Notes: generated by a model not told the origin, from the sequence alone. DNA of 64,000 nt from Desulfobacterales bacterium (GCA_022340885.1 JAJDND010000085.1:19780-83779), one strand, 5' to 3'. Positions 20,606-31,660 are shown, numbered from the stretch's first letter. Numbers and translations: made by a program.

Positions 20606-23206
20606 TCATTTTGAATCGAGGATATTGCAAATGTCTTTTTCGAGCTTTTGCTGGTAATGGTTCAAAGCGGCGTTGTTGCTCATGATCATGTCGAGTTGTC
20701 GGGTATGAAGCGTCAGATAACCCAGAATTTCGAGGCGGTTTTTCATGTACTCCATGTCATGGCCTTCCACCCGCGCAATGAGATTGTCTTCTCTTATATC
20801 TACTCTGAAGCCCTGTTTTTGAAGTATTTCCGCAATTAAATGAACTCTTCCGAGTCGTCTCTGATGATCTGCCGCACCCCCCTTAAATTGGAAACTGATG
20901 TAGTTTTCCGTCAAGCGTTCGCTGACCAGTGCTTCCATGATGGAAAAATGATATCCCAGTCTCGAACTTAAGCTGCAATAATTTTTGGAGATCATAAAAT
21001 AATTACGGGCACCATAGGCCGAACGAAGACCGGGAATTAAATTCCGATTGGTCGTCGATTGAAATACAACCGATGCAAAGCCCTTGCCGTCAATCGCCGG
21101 CGGGCCTTCCCAGGCAACGGCGCTGAATCCTTTCCAGAAAGCCAGCATCGGAATGGAAGCGATATTTTCAAGCGTAACATATTTGCCGCTTATCTCTTTC
21201 TTGAATCCATCATCCAAATTCAAAATCCACCATTGCATGGGGACGTTATAATAAAGTTGCTTGCTCGATTTTTCTGAAAAATTGTGCGCCTTCCCGAAAT
21301 TAAACATCTCGATTACTGCTTTTTCATGGATAAACCGGGTGATGTCATGAAGGGTTTTGCAGTTGACCGGACGAAAGTAAGGAGAGTCCGGGTCGAGCAG
21401 GTTTAAAGGGATAATCAGGCGGCTCACCCGTTTCAATGTTTCATAGACCGGGCTGCCTTGCATAAGATTCATCTTTGGTCCGGATTTTGTCGATAATGAC
21501 TTTATCTCACCTTTATAAATGGTTAAGGTATCGGCATCGACAGTAACCTGTTCACCATGATTCAGTCGATCCATAGCACCGGGTACGCCGAAGAGCGCGG
21601 GAACACCGAACTCTCTAGCTACACTGGCGAGATGTCCGGCAAAACCGCCCTGCTCCGTTATCACGGCAGCCGATCTGTTTAACAGGGAAGACCATATGGG
21701 GAGCGCCTGACGCGCAACCATAATCGCCCCCTGGGGAAACTGCAAAAGATCCATGGTCTTGTCCACCAGGAAAACCTTCCCGCTGGCCGCGCCCGGACTT
21801 GCGGTCACGCCTTGTCCTGCAATAACGGCATTATGGGATCTCGTAAATTCAGGCTCGGGGAGGTCCGTTTTCAACGGCTTTATTTGCTTCAAAGGCCGGC
21901 ACTGCAGGATGTAAATTGCATCGTCCTTGTCAACAGCCCACTCGATGTCCTGGGGTATCGCATAATATTCTTCAATCCTGGCCGCAAGTTCCGACAACTC
22001 CAATGCCTTTTTATCATCAATGGAGGGCAGATCCATTTGATCTCCGGTTAACCCCGTTTGGCAGACCCCTTCTTCGGGCAGGCATACAAATTTTATTTTT
22101 TTGGTGTTTACTTCTTTACGAATAATTTTTCCGGCAGGTTTTTTTGAAACGACAAAAAGATCATAGGCATCACTGCCGTCGACCACGGACTTGGGCAAAC
22201 CCCATGCGGAATTGATAAACATCGCGTCATCGGCAATATCAACGGGATTCCGGGTATAGGCGACGCCGCCTGCCACGGCGTCCACCATGCGCAGGCACCC
22301 CACGCACATGGCAATATCTTCATCCTTAATCCCCCTGTTCAACCGGTATGTCACAGCCTGAAACGAGTATTTGCTTGCCAGAATCTCCTTATATGCCTGA
22401 AAGATGCTGTCAAAGCCGACGTTCAGCTCGCTCCGGTACTGGCCGGCAAATGAGCTCTCCGGCATATCTTCTCCCAGGGCGCTGCTTCTTAATGCCAAAG
22501 CGACTTTTCCTTTAGCGTCCGATTCGAGTCTGGCATAGGCCCGCCTGACGGCTTCGGCCACATCGTCGGGTATTCTGGATCGGATAATAAGCTGCTGGAT
22601 TTTTGAGCTCAGGGCATAACGTCTTTCGACATTATCGCCTTCATCGGATTGAAAAAGTCGGTCAATTTCCATCTGCAAGTCGTTATCCTGGATAACCCTT
22701 TCACAGGCCGCCGCAGTAATGACAAATCCTTCTGGGATTTTGATCTGAAGTCTATTTTTAATTTCACCGAGGTTGGCCATCTTACTGCCGACAACATCCC
22801 TCATCTCCATACTTACGGCGTCAATGGGGATAACAAGCCTTTTATCTTTCATCGATTTCTTCTGCGAAAGTAATTCGTCCATCTTTTGCCGGATTTCGTT
22901 AAACCGTTTATCGAGTTCCCCGTATCTGCCTTTGGAGAGGTTTCCGATATGTTTTATCATATTAAAAACATTGACGGAAACCGCCGTACAGCTTGCCCGG
23001 ACAAAGGCCATGCCAAAAGGCTGTCCGCTCTCAAGGACCCGTTCCATATCGGCCATAATTTCAAGCGCCCTGTTATTGGCATTCAGCAGAAGTTTGAAAC
23101 TGTGATACCGTTCCTTGAACTCAATGCGAAGCTGTTCGACATCACCGGCTGCAGGTTCCGGCTTTTTAATAAAAAGCTTTTTAAAATGGTTCAACAGCGC
23201 GCTCAT
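20606..23206 (-). CDS. PEP-synthase/PPDK-like protein (nucleotide-binding plus phospho-His domain, no PEP-binding barrel)
   Basis: VGSKMANLGE, LRSSALGED..SFAGQY, PQDIEW..ILQCRPL, ITEQGGFAGHLASVAREFGVP. Confidence 0.85.
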   Translation of the reverse strand: MSALLNHFKKLFIKKPEPAAGDVEQLRIEFKERYHSFKLLLNANNRALEIMADMERVLESGQPFGMAFVRASCTAVSVNVFNMIKHIGNLSKGRYGELDKRFNEIRQKMDELLSQKKSMKDKRLVIPIDAVSMEMRDVVGSKMANLGEIKNRLQIKIPEGFVITAAACERVIQDNDLQMEIDRLFQSDEGDNVERRYALSSKIQQLIIRSRIPDDVAEAVRRAYARLESDAKGKVALALRSSALGEDMPESSFAGQYRSELNVGFDSIFQAYKEILASKYSFQAVTYRLNRGIKDEDIAMCVGCLRMVDAVAGGVAYTRNPVDIADDAMFINSAWGLPKSVVDGSDAYDLFVVSKKPAGKIIRKEVNTKKIKFVCLPEEGVCQTGLTGDQMDLPSIDDKKALELSELAARIEEYYAIPQDIEWAVDKDDAIYILQCRPLKQIKPLKTDLPEPEFTRSHNAVIAGQGVTASPGAASGKVFLVDKTMDLLQFPQGAIMVARQALPIWSSLLNRSAAVITEQGGFAGHLASVAREFGVPALFGVPGAMDRLNHGEQVTVDADTLTIYKGEIKSLSTKSGPKMNLMQGSPVYETLKRVSRLIIPLNLLDPDSPYFRPVNCKTLHDITRFIHEKAVIEMFNFGKAHNFSEKSSKQLYYNVPMQWWILNLDDGFKKEISGKYVTLENIASIPMLAFWKGFSAVAWEGPPAIDGKGFASVVFQSTTNRNLIPGLRSAYGARNYFMISKNYCSLSSRLGYHFSIMEALVSERLTENYISFQFKGGAADHQRRLGRVHLIAEILQKQGFRVDIREDNLIARVEGHDMEYMKNRLEILGYLTLHTRQLDMIMSNNAALNHYQQKLEKDICNILDSK

Positions 23207-23315
23207 AATTTTATGTTCTCAGGTGTCAAATGGATACAGGACATCTGAACAATAGGTCGAAAGCAAGGCGGGGCCGAGGCTGCCGCCGACCTTTTCAACG
23301 GATGAATTTTAACCG

Positions 23316-24002
23316 CTAATGTTCCAGTTTCAGACCCCATCCTTCGAATATACACATGACGGCAAAACCATACCAAAGTGTATAAATAACATAAAGTGCC
23401 AAAGAAATTAAGACAATAAAGGTTCGATCGGATATTTTCTCAGGCTCGATCCGGTAGTAGTTGTAAGACGTCTCCACTGCTTTTTTGACAACCAGGTCGA
23501 CCGTTTCAGCTTCCTTGAACTGTTTTTGCTTTTTTAAAACCTTATCCATTGCACCAAGCGCCTGCCACCAGTTAAAGAGGACCTGTCTTTCGTTGTACCC
23601 GTATTTTGACAAAACCGCCTTTCCGTCATTCATATACATTCGATCCGCATCCCCAAGGCAGTTGGCAAGAATTTTTCCCAGATCCCCCTCAACTTTCAAC
23701 CGGCTCCCGGACACATTGACCAAAGCGCCGCCTTTCATAAACAAAGCGGCTGTCTGTTGCGCCTGACGCTCGTCCCCCATGTCAATGCTCACATTGACCG
23801 ATCTCCCGTAATACGTGTCTGCCGTCGCTTTGACCTTCGGAATATAATAAGCCGACCCCTTTGAAATGGAATTGTACAGGTTATCTAAATATTTCAAACC
23901 GTTCTGCCCCTTAAACACCGGGGAAAATATGATAATCAATATGGCAGTAAATCCGATCAACAACCCGAAGCCAATGTAAAGTTCTTTCCTGTTCTCGTTC
24001 AT
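23316..24002 (-). CDS. Membrane protein, partner of TauE/SafE transporter
   Basis: N- and C-terminal TM segments; ATGA overlap with the upstream gene. Confidence 0.75.
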   Translation of the reverse strand: MNENRKELYIGFGLLIGFTAILIIIFSPVFKGQNGLKYLDNLYNSISKGSAYYIPKVKATADTYYGRSVNVSIDMGDERQAQQTAALFMKGGALVNVSGSRLKVEGDLGKILANCLGDADRMYMNDGKAVLSKYGYNERQVLFNWWQALGAMDKVLKKQKQFKEAETVDLVVKKAVETSYNYYRIEPEKISDRTFIVLISLALYVIYTLWYGFAVMCIFEGWGLKLEH

Positions 24003-25297
24003 GATTCAGCCTCCAGTCCTTTAAGTACTCGGATATTCATTAAAAAGGTACCGGTTACCCATACCGCGAATCCCAGTATCACCACAAAAAATGCCCATAC
24101 ACCGATTTTTTCCAGCAACGCTCCGGTTCCCTTGGATATTTTGATGATATCCATGGCGCCCAGTTTGGCCGGCAGGGCAAAGGCACGATTCACAAAACCG
24201 GCGAGGACTGCCATGGCATAGAAACCACGGATCGTGATGCCGTGTACGACCTTCGTCACAATGGCGCCGATCTGAATCCCCACCAAAGAGCCCAGAAGCA
24301 TCCCCATGGCGAGGGTATAGAAGATAAAGCCGTAAATGGCGTACTGGCTGATTGAAGCATAGCCGGCAGTGAACACAATCTGAAAGATATCGGTCCCCAC
24401 AGTGGTCATAGAAGAAACACCGAGAACATACACAAAAATCGGAAATGTTAAAAACCCGCCGCCGACACCCATGATGGCCGCCGTAAAACCCACTAAAGCA
24501 CCGCTTAAAACGAGAAATACCCAAGAAATACTTCTTCCTTCCGGTGTAAGATCATAATCGAACTTAACTTTCGGCGGCAGATTAACCGCCTGAAGTTTTT
24601 GGGGAAGACTCCCCATTTCGGCGCCTTCAACTTTTTGGCCGTGTATATCCTTTCCGTGAAATCCTTTGCGCTCGGCCTTTTTGGCCTTGAGAAAGTCGGT
24701 CATGGCATAGCTTCCCAGAAAACCGAGCATCAAAGAATAGACGGTCGTGATAAATGCATCGCTGAGAATGGGATTGATGGCGTATAATACTCGATTGATA
24801 ACGCCGCCGACGGTTGCGCCGACAATGGCGCCGATTAAAAAGACCATAGCCAACCCCACGGAAACATTCCCCAGTTTACGGTGGATGACGCTTCCCATAA
24901 TCGCTTTTGCAAAAATATGAAAAAGATCGGTTCCCACAGCCAGAATGCCTTTAACGCCGGCGCTCATCAAGGCCGGTGCAATAATAAAACCGCCGCCGGC
25001 GCCGATGCAGCCGGTAATCAAACCGGCACCCATTCCGATGAGAATGGAAACGACAAATATGCTCGTACTGTAAAATGCTGGGCTGTATGCTTTTTTACCG
25101 CCCAACAAATTCGGCAGTGCGCCGCCGATCTGGTCTGCAAACGCGAGGCCTCCCAGGATAATGGGGATGGTCAGCAGGCCTAAAATTAACAGGCGTTTTT
25201 TATCGCTAAAAACAGCCCTGGATACACCCAGTTCCCATCGCGCATGGGCCTTTGCACCCATCATCATAAATTGTCCCCATTGTTTAAAAAAGTTCAT
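23999..25297 (-). CDS. Sulfite exporter TauE/SafE family protein
   Basis: GCIGAGGGFII..AVGTDL and AIMGVGGGFLT..TVGTDI repeats. Confidence 0.9.
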   Translation of the reverse strand: MNFFKQWGQFMMMGAKAHARWELGVSRAVFSDKKRLLILGLLTIPIILGGLAFADQIGGALPNLLGGKKAYSPAFYSTSIFVVSILIGMGAGLITGCIGAGGGFIIAPALMSAGVKGILAVGTDLFHIFAKAIMGSVIHRKLGNVSVGLAMVFLIGAIVGATVGGVINRVLYAINPILSDAFITTVYSLMLGFLGSYAMTDFLKAKKAERKGFHGKDIHGQKVEGAEMGSLPQKLQAVNLPPKVKFDYDLTPEGRSISWVFLVLSGALVGFTAAIMGVGGGFLTFPIFVYVLGVSSMTTVGTDIFQIVFTAGYASISQYAIYGFIFYTLAMGMLLGSLVGIQIGAIVTKVVHGITIRGFYAMAVLAGFVNRAFALPAKLGAMDIIKISKGTGALLEKIGVWAFFVVILGFAVWVTGTFLMNIRVLKGLEAES

Positions 25298-25746
25298 GTC
25301 GATATCGCTCCTTTTTTTTGTTCCGCCCGCTTGAAATTTCCGAGTTTTTCAATTTTTTGTTTTTGTATGGTTCTCCTCTTAAAAGCATCCTGCAGTTTGC
25401 AAAAAAGCTCGTCAAAATCCGCAGGTTTCATAAGATAGTCAAAAGCGCCCGATTCCATGCCTTCGATGGCCGCTTCGATACTGGCGTGGCCGGTTAACAT
25501 GATGACTTCCATCAGAGGATCGATTCTCTTGATCTCTTTTAGCGCGTTTATTCCGCCGATACCCGGCATTCTGACATCCAGCACAACCACGTCTGCCGGT
25601 TGCCTTTTCAAATAATCGAGCGCCGCTTCTCCGCTTCCGACTCCCGCAACATCCATGCCGCGTTTTCTCATTCGCTTCATCAGCGTTTCTAAGAAATCGG
25701 TTTCGTCATCCACAAAAAGAACTTTCAAGGCTTCCAATTTCATCAC
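25294..25746 (-). CDS. Single-domain response regulator
   Basis: VDDE, LDVRMP, LTGH, MKP. Confidence 0.92.
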   Translation of the reverse strand: MMKLEALKVLFVDDETDFLETLMKRMRKRGMDVAGVGSGEAALDYLKRQPADVVVLDVRMPGIGGINALKEIKRIDPLMEVIMLTGHASIEAAIEGMESGAFDYLMKPADFDELFCKLQDAFKRRTIQKQKIEKLGNFKRAEQKKGAIST

Positions 25747-26129
25747 CTCCCGAATGACACAACGTCTTTTATTTTTGCAATGAGTTCATCAAAATCACAG
25801 GGTTTCATCAGATAATCCGAAGCACCGAGCCCGATACCGTCTCTGGCCGTTTCTTCTGATCCGTGACCTGTGAGCATAATTACCGGTAGATCCGGAACGA
25901 TGTTTTTAAAAATTTTTAAAATTTCGATACCGTCCATGTCTTCCATTTTCAGATCCAGAACCACAGCGTCAAAATCGGTCCGCCTCAATGCCTGCAACGC
26001 CTCCCTGCCGCTGTAAGCTTTGGTGACGTCGATGTTCCGCCTGGACATTCTTTTGGAAATGACGTCCACGAATCCTTTTTCATCATCGACCAGAAGAACC
26101 CTCAGTGGTTTGCTTTTGTTTTCAAACAT
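25743..26129 (-). CDS. Single-domain response regulator
   Basis: VDDE, LDLKME, LTGH, MKP. Confidence 0.92.
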   Translation of the reverse strand: MFENKSKPLRVLLVDDEKGFVDVISKRMSRRNIDVTKAYSGREALQALRRTDFDAVVLDLKMEDMDGIEILKIFKNIVPDLPVIMLTGHGSEETARDGIGLGASDYLMKPCDFDELIAKIKDVVSFGR

Positions 26130-26184
26130 GAAACGTGACCTGTTTTCCTTTTCTTTCAGCTGCCAGCTTTGAGCCTTCAGCTTT

Positions 26185-27927
26185 TTAATTTGAGTCTTCG
26201 GTCGGTCCTTGCACCGGAAGGCGGATGTAAAACGAAGTCCCAGAATCGATGCTGCTTTTCACTTCTATTCGACCCCCCATTTTTTGAATGATGCCATAAC
26301 AAATGGACAATCCGAGACCGGTCCCTTTTCCCACCGGCTTGGTGGTGAAAAACGGTTCGAATATTCTGGAAAGGTTGGCTTCCGGAATTCCCGGACCGTT
26401 GTCCGAAACTGCAATAATAATAATGCTGTCCTCAAATTCAAAACGGGTGGATATTGTCAGTTCACCCCCTTGGTTTTCCATGGCATCGATGGCATTATTG
26501 ATCAGATTCAAAAGAACCTGCTGCATTTCCGACTGGGCCACATACGTGACGGGAAGATCATTTTGGAAATCGGTATGAATCGTTATTTTGGCGTATTTTG
26601 CTCTTTGTTCCGAAAGTGCGATCAATTCTGCGATCAATTCGTTGATATGGGTTCTTTGAACCCTGAAATCTGTTTTTCTTGCAAAGCTCAACAGCTTGTG
26701 CGTAATTTCCTTGCAGCGCCGCCCCTGGGTTTTAATCTGATTCAACGCCCTTTCAAATTCATCCAGATTCTCGCTTTTACGAAATTCCTCTTCCTCCAGC
26801 AGATCCTTTATCCAGCCGGCCTCTTCCACCATAATGGCCACGGGGTTGTTGATTTCATGGGCGATTCCTGCCGCCAGTTTTCCGATGGATGCCAGTTTGC
26901 CGGTTTCTATAATCTGTTTGTCCATCATTTCCTTTTCTTCGTCCGCCATGGAAATACGACGGACCATTCTCCTGGAAAGGATAAATGCGGAAAAAACAAT
27001 CCCCAAGGCGCCGAACACCATAATCATGACGGCGACGATAATCGCCTTGTAGAGATCCAGATAAGCGTCGCGATGATTCTGCTGATAAACCAACAGCCAA
27101 TCACCATCCTTTAAAAAGGACGCGACGTAGATCATTTTATTGCCGGAGTCGTCCCTTCTCTCTACGATATGGACTTTTTTAAGATCGTCTTCCTTGATTT
27201 TCAGAAAGTCCCGATAGGGTTCATTTTTAGGGGCGACATCGAAAAAGGGTTTTGTCTGAAACTTTCCATCTCTGTTAAGGATATAGGCAAACCCTGTCTC
27301 ACCGATACGGATGTTCTTTACCAAATCGTTAAATGCCACGAAATCAATGGTCGCCCGCAAAATCCACGGATCACCATTCCAGTTATCTTTTACTGCGACG
27401 ATAAAGTGGGGAAGTCCGCGAAGACCCAAAAAAACATCGCTGATAAAATACCGTGTTTTCATGGCCTTCTTAAACCAATCCGCCTCGAAATATAATGCCT
27501 CTCCGAGTCTGAAAGGACCGGCATACGCCACCTGCAGTCCTCGCGAATTGACAACCCCCATGTCAACAAACACAGGGCCGAAAGACTGTTGCAGCAAATC
27601 CATTCTGTCCTGTAGAAAAGACGCCTCTTTTAACTCATCAAAACTAAAGGTCTCCGCCAGAAATCGGATGTCTCCCAGCTTCTCCTTTAAAAAATTATCG
27701 ATGCTCTGTTTATGCTTGAGCACCAATTCTTGAAGATGCGCTTTTACTTTTTCATGATATGACACGTGGAACTGATAAAGGATGATACTTCCCACCAGAA
27801 TCAAAGGCGTAAATGAAACAATAATGACGGTCAGAATCATTTTCCGGGTTAAAGATCGGTAATAGTCGCTTTTTTGATATCCCGTCTGTTTCATTTCCGG
27901 ATGTCTTTGATTACTTTTTCCGATCAT
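26185..27927 (-). CDS. Sensor histidine kinase with extracytoplasmic Cache-like domain
   Basis: Two TM segments, [35 protein letters not shown]. Confidence 0.93.
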   Translation of the reverse strand: MIGKSNQRHPEMKQTGYQKSDYYRSLTRKMILTVIIVSFTPLILVGSIILYQFHVSYHEKVKAHLQELVLKHKQSIDNFLKEKLGDIRFLAETFSFDELKEASFLQDRMDLLQQSFGPVFVDMGVVNSRGLQVAYAGPFRLGEALYFEADWFKKAMKTRYFISDVFLGLRGLPHFIVAVKDNWNGDPWILRATIDFVAFNDLVKNIRIGETGFAYILNRDGKFQTKPFFDVAPKNEPYRDFLKIKEDDLKKVHIVERRDDSGNKMIYVASFLKDGDWLLVYQQNHRDAYLDLYKAIIVAVMIMVFGALGIVFSAFILSRRMVRRISMADEEKEMMDKQIIETGKLASIGKLAAGIAHEINNPVAIMVEEAGWIKDLLEEEEFRKSENLDEFERALNQIKTQGRRCKEITHKLLSFARKTDFRVQRTHINELIAELIALSEQRAKYAKITIHTDFQNDLPVTYVAQSEMQQVLLNLINNAIDAMENQGGELTISTRFEFEDSIIIIAVSDNGPGIPEANLSRIFEPFFTTKPVGKGTGLGLSICYGIIQKMGGRIEVKSSIDSGTSFYIRLPVQGPTEDSN

Positions 27928-28327
27928 CGGGCGTCTCGAAATTTTTCAAGCACAATTCCTTCAAAAGGTTCCAGACCACATCTTTCAAGGTTTCGCTGCT
28001 GCTTCCTTGCTTTGGAACAAACGCTGCCTTACTGATATGGGATGTGAATTCGAGATAATCATTTAGATCGCTGTGAATGACAAACGGCAGCGGCGGGACT
28101 CGATCTTCAAGGCTCTTGAACAGATTCAACTGACTGACATCAGGAATATCCGGATCAATAATAACAAGGTCGATGGGTGCGGGTCCGTAAATCAGATCCA
28201 CCAATTCCCTGCTATTCCTCGCAAGTTGAACGTTATAGCCTTCGGATTGAAACTCCCGCTTTAAAAAATTTCGGATATGGGGATTGCGATCAACAATCAG
28301 TAAATTAAATTCTTTTTGCATCAGCAT
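27911..28327 (-). CDS. Atypical single-domain receiver protein
   Basis: LLIVDRN, DLVIIDPD, HS, VPK. Confidence 0.75.
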   Translation of the reverse strand: MLMQKEFNLLIVDRNPHIRNFLKREFQSEGYNVQLARNSRELVDLIYGPAPIDLVIIDPDIPDVSQLNLFKSLEDRVPPLPFVIHSDLNDYLEFTSHISKAAFVPKQGSSSETLKDVVWNLLKELCLKNFETPDDRKK

Positions 28328-28338
28328 CTATGGATAAA

Positions 28339-29016
28339 TTAAAATGTTTCTCTAGTGACTTCACGGCGGTCTACCATGTACAGCAATCGCGCCTTTTCTT
28401 TCAGTGCTGTCTTGAGTCTGTCGATCTTAAACCGATCGATGCCGTACATACGGATATATACCCGTCGCAATCCTTCCGGAACCATGTCGTAAGACGTCAG
28501 AATACTTGCCGTACGGCCGCCATATTCCCGGATGATATCCATCACTTCTTTTATTGCGCCCGGCCGATCCTCCACTTCCATGCCGAACTGAATGCCTCTT
28601 TTTTCTGCGCCGGTCAGTGAAATAATAGTTTTGAAAATGTCATTCTGAGTCACCACACCCACCACATTTCCGTAATGATCCACCACCGGCACTCCCGAAA
28701 TTTTATGCTTTAAAAGAACTTCGGCTGTTTCTTCAATGGTATAGTCCGGAGGAACCGTAACGGGATTTTTGGTCATTATCTCCTTAATTGTAATTTTTGA
28801 AATCAAGTATAGCAGTTCATGAATTTCCAGGCTCGTCGCATCGGAAGCGGACGCCCTTTTGATATCCCGATCGGTTATAATTCCGACGATTTTGCCTTTT
28901 TCCATCACCGGCAGCATTTTGATGTCGTGTTTTTTAAGCAGCTTAATTGCATCATTCATGGACGCACCCACATCAATGGTAACGGCCGGTTTGCTCATCC
29001 AATTTTTGACCAGCAT
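28339..29016 (-). CDS. CBS+ACT domain protein (AcuB-like)
   Basis: Two CBS repeats (LPV..VGIITDRDI; PVV..VGVVTQNDI), ACT VEDRPG. Confidence 0.88.
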   Translation of the reverse strand: MLVKNWMSKPAVTIDVGASMNDAIKLLKKHDIKMLPVMEKGKIVGIITDRDIKRASASDATSLEIHELLYLISKITIKEIMTKNPVTVPPDYTIEETAEVLLKHKISGVPVVDHYGNVVGVVTQNDIFKTIISLTGAEKRGIQFGMEVEDRPGAIKEVMDIIREYGGRTASILTSYDMVPEGLRRVYIRMYGIDRFKIDRLKTALKEKARLLYMVDRREVTRETF

Positions 29017-29173
29017 GATACCCCCTCCTTTATGTTTTGTACGTGTCTAAGGAATCCATTCCTTCATAAGCATGTGCCAGGTTTTCGAGCCCTCGGGGAG
29101 CTTTTCTTTCAAATTCTTAAAAAGATTGTCCATGGAGCGCCTGTTCGAAAAACACCCCGGTTTCGCAGGTTTT

Positions 29174-31660
29174 TTAAGCCTCCATCTTTGTCAAATCTAT
29201 ATTCAATTCATAATCGCTTTCGCCGATCATCTTTTTTGCCGTAAAGCCCAGTTTTTTCCCCAAAGCCAGCATCTGGGTGTTTTCCGGCAAAACGAGCCCC
29301 CATACGTTTTCGATTCCGCGCTCTTTTGAAATCAAAAGGCATCGTTTGAGAAGTTCTGCACCGATGCCCTTCCCGTGCCATGCATCAGCCACGACAACGG
29401 CAAATTCCGCTTTTTTTCGATTATAAATGTTCGAAATCACGCGGGCGGCTCCCAGCATTTTCTCGTCGGGTTCGGTCCCTAAAAGTGCAACCAGTGCAAT
29501 TTCCCTGTCATAATCAATCTGCGTGAACCGGACGAGCATGTGGGAAGGGAGCGTTTTCATCGGGCTGAAAAACCGAAAGTAAATGCTCTGCTGTGAAAGA
29601 GATTCAAACAGCTGAACCAGCAGCGGCGCATCCTCCGGTCGAATGGGCCGGATAAAAATTTCTCCGACACCTTCACGTATCGCTCGGGTCTCATACTGGT
29701 TGGGATATGGACTGATGACCAGGTGATCGTGTGCTTTTATCATGGTGGCGCGCAAAACGATCCGGGCGTCTTTCACTCGGATATCGTTTGGTGTTACGAT
29801 AAGAGGATTGATATCGATCTCTTCGATCTCAGGAAAATCCGTTACCATTTGAGACAGTCGAATTAAAATTTCTTCGATCAAGGCCAGGTTGCATGGGGAA
29901 TAATTTTTGAAACCTTTTAGCAGCGCATATACTTTTGTTTTTTTAGTGAGCTCTCTGGCCAACAGGCGGTTTAAAGGCGGCAGCGCAACGGGTCGATCGT
30001 CTAAAACTTCAGACAAAACACCCCCCAACCCGAAATAAATGACTGGTCCGAGATCCCGGTCCTTTTTCGAACCGATCGCCAGTTCGTATTGCTGTTCTTT
30101 TTGTTCCACGCTTTGACTTGGACGATCAATTGCTTCCGAATAAACGGGGATTCCGTAAGCGCTCAACAAATCAGCTGCTTCCGTTGAAGTCAGACACAAT
30201 TCGTTTTGCGAGAGTTTTTTTTGGATCTGGATTTGCGCGCTTTTAACATCGAATTCGATCTTTCTGTCAAATTTTGGCGGAATCTCCAGAAGCACTTTTA
30301 GATTTTTCGAATAACGGTAAAGATCCATAAATGCCCTGACCGCACGCTCCGGTGTCTCAAATGTCGGGATCCCTTTTAGATTGAAGATATCCCGGCCGAT
30401 CTCCATTTGTTTCCCACCCATCCACGAAACGAATATCGGAAAAGATGTTCTTTTTATAACACCGGCCAGAGATTCAGCCACATCGGTCGGACGCGTCAAA
30501 GCCTGAGGGGCCAGGATGATCAAAAGCCCGTTCACTGCGGGATCTTTTAAACAGATATCCACGGCTTTTTCATACCGCTCGGGAGAAGCGTCTCCCAGAA
30601 TATCGACCGGGTTTGTATGGCTCCAGCCGGGAGGGAGAAGATCATCTAATTTATTGATGGTGTCGACACTTAAAACCGCAGGATCCACACCATGATCGGC
30701 AAGGGCATCCACGGCCATAACGCCCGGACTGCCGGCGTTGGTGACAATGGCTAACCCGGGGTTCAAAGGCCGCGGCTGTTTGGCCAAGAGCTCAACACAG
30801 TCGAAAAGTTCTTCGAAAGTTTTGACCCGAACGATGCCGGCACGCTCGAAAGCCGCATCATATACGGCATCTTCTCCGCCCAACCTGCCGGTATGGGATG
30901 CAATGGCCAAAGCCCCCGCTGCCGTCCGGCCGGCTTTAAGCACAATGATCGGTTTGATTCGGGATACGGATCGCGCAGCGCTCATGAAATTTCGAATCCG
31001 CGGAATACTTTCTACAAATATTACAATGCTGCCGACATGGGAGTCTCCTCCGAGATAATCGATGATATCCCCGAAATCCACATCCATCATGGATCCGAGA
31101 CTTACAAAATAGCTGAAGCCGATATGCTCTCTTAGGCAGAGATCGAGAACCGAAACGCATATCGCGCCGCTCTGGGAAACAAACGCCATTTTTCCGGGAT
31201 GCGGGGTATGAGTCGAAAAGCTGAGATTGAGTTTGGAACCGGAACAGATGATTCCGAGACAACCCGGTCCGATGATGCGAAGTCCTTGACGTCTCGCCGA
31301 ATTGACGGCGGATACTACCGTCTCTTGGCTGATTATCCCGGCCTCTTTTCCACCGGCCGAAATGATGACCAGGCCTTTCACCTTTGTATCGATGCATTCC
31401 CGGATGACTTGTGGCGCCGAATTTACGGACCCGGCAAGTACGGCCAGATCTACCACGGGATTGAGCGCTGAAAGAGACGGATAAACAGGTTGTTCCCCAA
31501 TTTTTTTGTGGCACCGATGAATCGGATACACGCCTCCCGAATATCCGCCTTCAATCAGGTTCTGCACCAGGGTTGTAAAAATTCGTCCCCCCGGTGAATC
31601 GTCCCCGATCACGGCAATGGACTTCGGCTGAAATATTTTGTCCAGGTGAATCGCACTCAT
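29174..31660 (-). CDS. Acyl-CoA ligase-like/GNAT protein lysine acetyltransferase (Pat/PatZ family) with shortened ATP-grasp region
   Basis: PKSIAVIG, SQSGA, SHTG, TNAG, NPVDILGDA, DINPL; C-terminal IRPIRPED..RFF..IDYDRE..WHGKGIG. Confidence 0.88.
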   Translation of the reverse strand: MSAIHLDKIFQPKSIAVIGDDSPGGRIFTTLVQNLIEGGYSGGVYPIHRCHKKIGEQPVYPSLSALNPVVDLAVLAGSVNSAPQVIRECIDTKVKGLVIISAGGKEAGIISQETVVSAVNSARRQGLRIIGPGCLGIICSGSKLNLSFSTHTPHPGKMAFVSQSGAICVSVLDLCLREHIGFSYFVSLGSMMDVDFGDIIDYLGGDSHVGSIVIFVESIPRIRNFMSAARSVSRIKPIIVLKAGRTAAGALAIASHTGRLGGEDAVYDAAFERAGIVRVKTFEELFDCVELLAKQPRPLNPGLAIVTNAGSPGVMAVDALADHGVDPAVLSVDTINKLDDLLPPGWSHTNPVDILGDASPERYEKAVDICLKDPAVNGLLIILAPQALTRPTDVAESLAGVIKRTSFPIFVSWMGGKQMEIGRDIFNLKGIPTFETPERAVRAFMDLYRYSKNLKVLLEIPPKFDRKIEFDVKSAQIQIQKKLSQNELCLTSTEAADLLSAYGIPVYSEAIDRPSQSVEQKEQQYELAIGSKKDRDLGPVIYFGLGGVLSEVLDDRPVALPPLNRLLARELTKKTKVYALLKGFKNYSPCNLALIEEILIRLSQMVTDFPEIEEIDINPLIVTPNDIRVKDARIVLRATMIKAHDHLVISPYPNQYETRAIREGVGEIFIRPIRPEDAPLLVQLFESLSQQSIYFRFFSPMKTLPSHMLVRFTQIDYDREIALVALLGTEPDEKMLGAARVISNIYNRKKAEFAVVVADAWHGKGIGAELLKRCLLISKERGIENVWGLVLPENTQMLALGKKLGFTAKKMIGESDYELNIDLTKMEA

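Noticed and set aside
26209-27114. 301-aa antisense ORF over the histidine kinase
   Set aside because: Antisense shadow with no recognisable domain
29047-29133. 28-aa ORF MDNLFKNLKEKLPEGSKTWHMLMKEWIP between Pat and the CBS-ACT gene
   Set aside because: Weak RBS and no motif; not supportable without conservation data
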